NCBI GenBank assembly: GCA_001920875.1
Contig: MNKP01000024.1
Span: 5,990 to 29,989 of the forward strand
DNA length: 24,000 bases
DNA from: Acidobacteria bacterium 13_1_20CM_2_55_15
GTDB taxonomy: Bacteria > Acidobacteriota > Terriglobia > 20CM-2-55-15
Direction: 5' to 3'
Shown here: piece by piece, positions 1 to 5,542 of the stretch
How positions within the stretch are numbered: the stretch's first letter is position 1
Layout of the letters: each line of letters begins with the position of its first letter
Notes under the pieces: model-generated
Told to the model about the DNA's origin: nothing
Databases searched by the model: none
Seen by the model: only the letters and a program-made list of their open reading frames with translations
Made by a program: the position numbers and the translations under genes

Positions 1-12
1 GGATGCAGATCC

Positions 13-285
13 ATGTTGACCAATGCAGAAGCCGTCAAGCAGCAGTTGCTCGCTGCCGTTCCGTTGCAGTCGACGCCAACCCAAGTGCTCGACTACTTGA
101 ACAAACGAAAGATCGAACACTCAGAATATCTGCGAGATCCAGTGGAGGGGAATTCGATCAAAGCGATTCTCCGTGATCAATCCAAGTGGTCCATCGTGAA
201 GATGAATTACAGCATCGTGTTCCAATTTAATGACCAAGACCGCCTCATTGCTTACGTGGTACGTCGGGCATACACAGGACCATAA
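13..285 (+). CDS. hypothetical small protein, possibly 5'-partial
   Basis: 90-aa ORF. Its frame has no stop back to base 1, so the true start may lie upstream of the window. The composition looks coding-like, but I recognise no motif. Confidence 0.5.
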   Translation: MLTNAEAVKQQLLAAVPLQSTPTQVLDYLNKRKIEHSEYLRDPVEGNSIKAILRDQSKWSIVKMNYSIVFQFNDQDRLIAYVVRRAYTGP

Positions 286-339
286 ACGGACAAAGGCGAG
301 AATGATCTACGTGCGACTGCGCCATCTGCGGCAGGATAG

Positions 340-490
340 CCGAGGTGTCCGAGGTAATAATGATTTACTGCCGAGGTATCCAGGCGAGGTGGTGGCGAGG
401 TTACCGAGGTGCCTCGGTTGCCTCGGAAGTACCTCGGTCATGGCCTCGGTTGCAAGCTGTTGATTTGAGGCAGGGCCTCGGTTACCTCGG
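340..490. repeat. Mirror-symmetric heptamer array: 6 x (C/G)CGAGGT, then 6 x CCTCGG (the reverse complement)
   Basis: Forward copies are at 340, 349, 371, 384, 395 and 404. Reverse copies are at 412, 421, 431/432, 444, 476 and 484/485. The symmetry axis is near 411 (CCGAGGTGCCTCGG). The outer pairs are also mirrored: CCGAGGTGTCCGAGG on the left, CCTCGGTTACCTCGG on the right. Confidence 0.85.
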
Positions 491-606
491 CTCCGTGCCT
501 GTGGCATGATTGGGCTGATGGGGCTACGCGTTTTCCGGAATTGATACCGTAGCCAAGCCTGGCACGAACCGATGCTGCGTAAAGGGCCCCAACCATGGCA
601 TGCTGA

Positions 607-843
607 GCGGATCATCCGACTATAGGGGACGGGACCTTCCTTGGAATATTTGATTACGACGACGCCTATAAATTGTTAACCAACACTGCCTACATCGGAA
701 CCAAGGCCAAGATCCTCTTCGAGCGCAGAATCGTTCCGGCCGAGAACGGCTGGACAGGTTGGCTCGAGCAGTATGAAACCGCTTTAGCGAAGAACTTCCA
801 GAAACTACAAAAAGAGAAAACGAGGTCCGGACCAACTCGATAG
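607..843 (+). pseudogene. coding-like open frame with no canonical start; either a gene remnant or a 56-aa CDS from TTG 673
   Basis: The frame runs from the stop at 604-606 to TAG at 841-843. It reads ...GDGTFLGIFDYDDAYKLLTNTAYIGTKAKILFERRIVPAENGWTGWLEQYETALAKNFQKLQKEKTRSGPTR. Third codon positions are strongly G/C-rich through the central part. There is no ATG or GTG and only one TTG (673). It falls below the ORF-track length cut-off. Confidence 0.3.
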
Positions 844-900
844 ATCGGTTTCGTAAAGGGGCGGGCGTTGCTTTTTTGTCCCGCAGGGAAAGAGAAAGAT

Positions 901-961
901 GCATAGCTCAACGTAGCCACTGGTAATCAGCAGGTCAGCGGTTCAAGTCCGCGTCGGCTTT
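901..961 (+). other. tRNA-like 3' fragment (T-arm only), not an intact tRNA
   Basis: GCGG-TTCAAGT-CCGC at 938-952 matches a T-stem/T-loop (GGTTCAAGTCC). TAGCTCAAC at 904-912 resembles a D-arm start. I could not pair an acceptor stem or build a proper anticodon stem. Confidence 0.25.
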
Positions 962-980
962 AATTGAAAAAACGCGACTT

Positions 981-1006
981 AAGCCCAATCTTCGAATGGG
1001 CTTTTT
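981..1006 (+). terminator. rho-independent terminator-like hairpin
   Basis: AAGCCCA (981-987) pairs with TGGGCTT (997-1003) across a 9-nt loop, and a run of five T follows (1002-1006). It lies 20 nt downstream of the tRNA-like fragment. Confidence 0.55.
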
Positions 1007-1340
1007 CCCTTGCCGAAAATTGGTGGGGGCCAACCCCAGGGCAATCGCTATCGATCGAAAACATTCTTTTTTGCGGGGTTGGTCTACCTGAAAATTATTA
1101 TTGTCCCTTCCGAGCCCCGGCTAAGAGCATCGAATCCTTGCTCTTCTCATGCTTTGCTTGGTGCCGATATTTTGCCTACCCACCAGCTTTTTTCGACAAC
1201 TACTGCCCTGATTGGCGGGCGGGTATAGCAATATGGAGAGAATAATGCGCGGGTTCGTTAACGGAAGTAAAAACACGGCGTACGTTATTCCTCGTGTTTT
1301 GTGCAAGCCGCCCACAGAATAGTACGACTCCAGGAGGCGT

Positions 1341-2828
1341 GTGCATCAATTCTATTCGAAGTGTTGCGCTTTCGCTTTAGTGGTCTCACTGCTCGATTTT
1401 GGTTGCACCCACCGCGTCATCAAAAAAGTCGACCCCGCTCTCATCAATGCCGACCGTGAAGAAATTGTCGGCGTGACGACCAATCGTGGCGAGGAGGTGA
1501 GATTCGATTCGCCCGGAGGAGCACTGCGCAATGGAGTGATTTCGGCGCGCGTTCGCGGCAGCGACTATATGATTAATATCCCGGACGTCAATCGCTTGTG
1601 GGTTGCGCGCGTCGAAACATCGGTTGCCAGGACCGTCGGGCTGGTTGTCGGGATAGCGGCGGGAACGCTCGTCACTGTCGTTGCTATCGCACTTCTCACG
1701 AAGCAATCGTGTCCGTTTGTTTATTCCTGGGACGGAGAGAAGTACTCGTTCGACGCCGAACCTTACGGTGGCGCCATAGCCCAGGGGCTCGAGCGTGACG
1801 ATTATTCGGAACTGGAGCACTTACGGGCGGACCATGGAATGTATCGGCTGCTTCTGACGAATGAAGTCGACGAGACACAGTTTACGAATTTGATGGAATT
1901 GTGGGTCGTCGATGCCTCGGCTGAGGCGCAAATCGTGTCTGATGAATTCGGCACACTTCATTCTGTAATGCGTCTGCAAGCTCCTGTCGCGGCAACCGAT
2001 CGTGCCGGGAACGACCTGCTTCGATGGTTGACCGCCACAGACCGATTGATCTGGGAACCGGCGGCCATGCCTGCTTCAGACGGCGCTCTTCGTGATGAGA
2101 TCACTCTGACTTTTCCAAAGCCCGAAGGCGCACGCAACGCACGTCTCGTCGTGAATGCTGCAACCGGTCTCTGGGGCTCTTACATGATCAAGAAAATGGT
2201 CGAACTCCGCGGCCGAGAGGCGTCGGCATGGCTGGAATCACTGAAGCCGGACTCGACTGAGTTGAACGCGCTTCATACATGGATTGCGCGCGAAGATATC
2301 TATCGATTAAACGTAGATGTCGAAGAACCGGACGGCTGGCATACGCGCGGCAGTGTGCCGCCCGGCGGTCCATTCATCGCTGAAGATCGCGTCGTTTCGA
2401 TCGACACAAGTTATGTGCGGGGAGATAAGCTTCGCATCCGGTTAAGGCCGCCGTCAGGCTTCTGGGCTTTGAATTCTTTTGCTGTGAATTACGATGACGA
2501 CCATGAGCCTGCGGTTACACGCATTGCACCGGTGTACGCGAAGACCAGTGACGGGCGCGATGTCCTGGCCGACTTAGTGTCGTCCGATAATCGCTACTAC
2601 GCAATGCCGTCAACTAGTGATCGGGCCGAAATCCAGTTCAAGGCGCCTCCGGAAAAACCGGGCCTGAAGCGCACGATTTTCCTGCACAGCCGCGGCTGGT
2701 ACCAGTTGCATCTGAACACCGGCCACGAGCCCGATGTCCAGGGGCTCGATGGAATCTTCAACCACGCAGACGGTGCCGCGAGATTTGCGGCGAAGGAGTA
2801 TGCGATATGGAAAGCAGATCAAAACTAA
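1341..2828 (+). CDS. hypothetical membrane-anchored or lipoprotein-like protein (495 aa)
   Basis: GTG start, with AGGAGG at 1332-1337. The N-terminus is hydrophobic and ends ...LLDFGC, a possible lipobox. There is an internal TM helix (VGLVVGIAAGTLVTVVAIALL). The ORF is long and uninterrupted. I recognise no catalytic motif. Confidence 0.8.
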   Translation: MHQFYSKCCAFALVVSLLDFGCTHRVIKKVDPALINADREEIVGVTTNRGEEVRFDSPGGALRNGVISARVRGSDYMINIPDVNRLWVARVETSVARTVGLVVGIAAGTLVTVVAIALLTKQSCPFVYSWDGEKYSFDAEPYGGAIAQGLERDDYSELEHLRADHGMYRLLLTNEVDETQFTNLMELWVVDASAEAQIVSDEFGTLHSVMRLQAPVAATDRAGNDLLRWLTATDRLIWEPAAMPASDGALRDEITLTFPKPEGARNARLVVNAATGLWGSYMIKKMVELRGREASAWLESLKPDSTELNALHTWIAREDIYRLNVDVEEPDGWHTRGSVPPGGPFIAEDRVVSIDTSYVRGDKLRIRLRPPSGFWALNSFAVNYDDDHEPAVTRIAPVYAKTSDGRDVLADLVSSDNRYYAMPSTSDRAEIQFKAPPEKPGLKRTIFLHSRGWYQLHLNTGHEPDVQGLDGIFNHADGAARFAAKEYAIWKADQN

Positions 2829-3066
2829 TCGCGATCGCCTGTTGCTCTGCGGCGTCGTGTTGCTTCTCGCCCAACCAGCGTGGTCGCAGCGCGCTGTCTT
2901 CAGCGGCGTCCAGATACGATTCAGCAAGAGCGGCAAGGATCGTAAGCTGATTGAATCTTCAGGCTCGTTGATATACAAAACGGTGCTTTCACGAAACGCG
3001 AAAGAGATCGTGATGTATGAAGTGCAGGGCTCATACTACTCGGACTGGAAACGAAAGACGCCCTAA
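2800..3066 (+). CDS. small secreted hypothetical protein (88 aa)
   Basis: This uses an internal ATG of track ORF 2734..3066. From there it reads MRYGKQIKTNRDRLLLCGVVLLLAQPAWSQ, a typical signal peptide with an AWS-Q cleavage site. GGAG lies immediately upstream. It overlaps the preceding gene's end by 29 nt. Confidence 0.55.
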   Translation: MRYGKQIKTNRDRLLLCGVVLLLAQPAWSQRAVFSGVQIRFSKSGKDRKLIESSGSLIYKTVLSRNAKEIVMYEVQGSYYSDWKRKTP

Positions 3067-3218
3067 TCAACCTCAGATGTTGCAAGCCCATCGAACTCCG
3101 ACACTTTGAACCCGGTGGTATTGAAGGCAAATCCAAACAATCACAACGGATGGCCCGGGGCGTTAGGTAGAGGCCCCCACGTCTGCGTCGCAGTGCGATT
3201 AAGTTTGCCGAATCACTG

Positions 3219-3719
3219 ATGCGCTCATATAATTCGCGCCACATGTACCACCTGCCGGACCTTTTCTCCATGGGCTGGGGCAAAGTCCGAAGGGTCTTTC
3301 TCATCGCGTTTCGCAAGAAACGCGTAATCGCGAAGCTGGATCGCCGCCGCGGCGCCTGCACCCGGTGCGGTGCGTGCTGCAAGATTCTATTTAAGTGTCC
3401 CGCCTACGACGAGTCGGACGGCAATCCCAAGTGCCTCATCTACGACGATCGTCCAGGCGTTTGCAGTCTCTTCCCGCTCGATGAGAAAGACTTGCGAGAC
3501 AGGAACATCGTAATGCCCGGGACGAAGTGCGGTTTCTATTTCGAGCACGGCTCCCGTTCGGAGGTAGAGCGGCGCGAGACGATGCCGCTCCGGTGGGGAC
3601 CGTCGAAGAACCGAGGCGCGAACAACGGCAAGAGCCGAATCGTGACCGGGACGTTCGCGATCCTCTGGTCGTTCTTCCTCAAGCCATCAGAGAACGCAAA
3701 CCGAAGTGAGAAGCTTTGA
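3219..3719 (+). CDS. YkgJ-family cysteine-cluster protein (CxxCxxCC putative Zn/Fe-chelating domain)
   Basis: CTRCGACC, followed by CLIYDDRPGVCSLFP, matches the CxxCxxCC family (Pfam PF03692). The start is uncertain; in-frame Met codons also occur at residues 9 and 18. Confidence 0.8.
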   Translation: MRSYNSRHMYHLPDLFSMGWGKVRRVFLIAFRKKRVIAKLDRRRGACTRCGACCKILFKCPAYDESDGNPKCLIYDDRPGVCSLFPLDEKDLRDRNIVMPGTKCGFYFEHGSRSEVERRETMPLRWGPSKNRGANNGKSRIVTGTFAILWSFFLKPSENANRSEKL

Positions 3720-3827
3720 TGCCGAATGAGTGCAGCGCTACTTAGCCGAGCGCGCCTATACAAACGTCGACGATGAGCGGCGGCGGCTGCATCACCACGC
3801 AGAGCATCTGTTAAGGAAATAGCATAC

Positions 3828-3887
3828 CCGAGACGACAAAACCGAATTTTGGGGGAACGAGTTCCAAAGTCTCGGATTTCTGATTTT
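3828..3887 (+). promoter_or_regulatory. structured element or weak terminator between the YkgJ-like gene and desaturase 1
   Basis: CCGAGAC (3828-3834) pairs with GTCTCGG (3869-3875). The stem encloses two small hairpins (AAAA..TTTT and GGAA-CGAG-TTCC). A T-rich tail ATTTCTGATTTT follows. Confidence 0.3.
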
Positions 3888-4947
3888 GCGCATCGATGAA
3901 AGTTGGACCCATCCTGTCCTGCCCATATGCGATATAACCTCCACGAGTAAAAACAAGCGTGTCCCTGTGAGTACGTTCGCGGGGAATTCCCGGCGCAACG
4001 TATTGGCTCCACCCCCGGCAGCCTGCATCGCACTCAGGCCTTCGGATAAGCTTGGCCTCCTCCATACTGCCGGGGTTGCAGCGACAACCCTTGCCGGTTT
4101 GGCCATGTCCCGTTTGGGGGGCATTCGTTGGTTCGGCGGTCAGGTTCTCTTGGCTGTGAGCCTCGTGCAGTGGTTCATTTTGCTTCACGAGTGCGGACAT
4201 GAAACGCTGTTTCGGCGCGGCCCGCTGAACACCTTGGTCGGACGCACAGCGGCATTTTTCAGCGGGATCCCGTTTATCTGCTGGAAGCGCGTGCATGCCA
4301 AGCATCATCGCTGGACCGGATGGCAAGATCTGGATCCGACAACCGCTTCACTGGTACCGCGGCCTCTCAGCCCCCTCGAACGATCGGTGATCCACATCAG
4401 TTGGAAATATTGGGTACCGACGTTTTCGGTGCTTTATCGCGTGAATAACTATTGGAATGTGCTTCGCCTGCGCAAGTTGTTCGGCCCAAGCCGGGAGTGG
4501 CGGCAAATGAGGTTGGGCGCAATCGGACTTCTGTCGCTGTATTCCATAACTATTTATCTCGTAGGCGTGCGCGGTGTCATCGAAATGGTTGGGTTGGCTG
4601 TCTTCCTCGCTCTGGTCTGTGAAGACCCGTTGATCCTGAGCCAGCACACGCACATCCCTCAGCACGTCAGCCGTGGGGTCAATGCTCTTCCATTCGCTGC
4701 GTTGGAACAGGAGGAGTTCACTCGTTCGCTACGTTTTCCTGCGTGGGTGTCGAAGTTTGTGCTTTTCAATTTCGATGCGCATGAACTTCATCATATGTAC
4801 CCCTTCGTTCCCGGCTACCACCTTCGGCGAATTCCGTACGACGGTGTGAATGAAATCCATTGGTGGCGATGGCTCACTTTGGCGAAACGGATTCGTGGCG
4901 AAGAATTTCTCTTCCGAAACCAAAATGACACTGGCATCTACATCTAA
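3886..4947 (+). CDS. membrane fatty-acid desaturase family protein (HECGH type)
   Basis: Three His boxes are present: HECGH, HAKHH and HELHH. Hydrophobic segments surround them (Pfam FA_desaturase PF00487 pattern). The start is uncertain: TTG 3886 is the first possible start, and in-frame alternatives are GTG 3967, TTG 4003 and ATG 4105. Confidence 0.85.
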   Translation: MRIDESWTHPVLPICDITSTSKNKRVPVSTFAGNSRRNVLAPPPAACIALRPSDKLGLLHTAGVAATTLAGLAMSRLGGIRWFGGQVLLAVSLVQWFILLHECGHETLFRRGPLNTLVGRTAAFFSGIPFICWKRVHAKHHRWTGWQDLDPTTASLVPRPLSPLERSVIHISWKYWVPTFSVLYRVNNYWNVLRLRKLFGPSREWRQMRLGAIGLLSLYSITIYLVGVRGVIEMVGLAVFLALVCEDPLILSQHTHIPQHVSRGVNALPFAALEQEEFTRSLRFPAWVSKFVLFNFDAHELHHMYPFVPGYHLRRIPYDGVNEIHWWRWLTLAKRIRGEEFLFRNQNDTGIYI

Positions 4948-5542
4948 CTCCGGGAGTGCCGCCGCCGAGCCCTTGGCTTGCGCGGTCTTCATCGTCGTCG
5001 CCTTTATCCTGTCCGGCGCCGCGCATGTGCTGTGGCTGCGGAGCGCGGCTTCTATGCGATTCAGTTTTCCAATCGATTGCGGCCTTTCTCTCCGCGGCAA
5101 GCGTATCTTCGGCGACCACAAGATGTCTCGGGGTTTCGTGGTCATAGTCCCTGCTACAGGCGCGGCATTTCTAATGCTCTATGTCTTCGTTCGCACTGCG
5201 GCTCCCGCCTTTGCTGCACAATTGTGGTCTGCCGCTCCGTGGCAATATGCAGCCTTCGGCCTCTGGGCTGGTTTCGGCTTCATGGCTGGCGAACTGCCGA
5301 ATTCGTTCGTGAAGCGGCGACTGGAGATTCCGCCTGGTCGACTGCCCGCGCATCCCTCAGCTCGATGGGTTTGTTTAGTTGCCGATCGCGTCGATTCGAT
5401 TCTGGGAATGCTGGGCGCATTGAGCGTCGTTGTTTCCGTTCCAACATTGACATGGATCTACGTGATCCTGGTGGGAGCTGGAATCCACTGGACATTTAGC
5501 GTCGTGCTATTTGCATTGGGGGTGAAGGAGAGAATGGCATGA
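4925..5542 (+). CDS. CarS-family (CDP-archaeol synthase-like, DUF46) integral membrane cytidylyltransferase
   Basis: PIDCGLSLRGKRIFGDHKMSRGF matches the CarS D.G...G.r.fG..KT.rG block. GELPNSFVKRRLEI followed by ADRVDS matches the G(D/E)..SF.KRR and D-rich blocks. There are about five hydrophobic helices. I placed the start at internal ATG 4925 (MTLAS...), which overlaps the desaturase end by 23 nt. Confidence 0.75.
   Translation: MTLASTSNSGSAAAEPLACAVFIVVAFILSGAAHVLWLRSAASMRFSFPIDCGLSLRGKRIFGDHKMSRGFVVIVPATGAAFLMLYVFVRTAAPAFAAQLWSAAPWQYAAFGLWAGFGFMAGELPNSFVKRRLEIPPGRLPAHPSARWVCLVADRVDSILGMLGALSVVVSVPTLTWIYVILVGAGIHWTFSVVLFALGVKERMA

Noticed and set aside
230-615. Track ORFs 230..463 (+) and 307..615 (-) as genes
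   Set aside because: Both run straight through the CCGAGGT/CCTCGG mirror array. Their translations are Arg/Gly/Pro-rich repeat artefacts (RGVRGNN.., PRHLGNL..), and they are mutually antisense.
901-961. Possible intact tRNA gene (GGTTCAAGTCC T-loop and TAGCTCAAC D-arm-like start)
   Set aside because: The 3' acceptor strand (TCGGCTT) has no complementary AAGCCGA upstream. The D-stem cannot close. The best anticodon stem is only 3 bp with a 5-nt loop. I kept it only as a tRNA-like fragment.
964-1315. Track ORFs 964..1245, 1010..1228 (+) and 1121..1315 (-)
   Set aside because: The frames overlap one another. The sequences are low-complexity and implausible, contain hairpins and terminator-like structures, and lack ribosome-binding sites. 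I treated the region as non-coding.
3536-4326. Large antisense ORFs inside homology-supported genes (for example 3536..4033 -, 3811..4326 -, 6370..7044 -, 9924..10466 -, 10532..11149 -, 14140..14604 -, 22022..22699 -)
   Set aside because: Each lies opposite a gene with clear family motifs. The translations are Arg/Pro/Ser-rich, as expected for antisense frames in GC-rich DNA.
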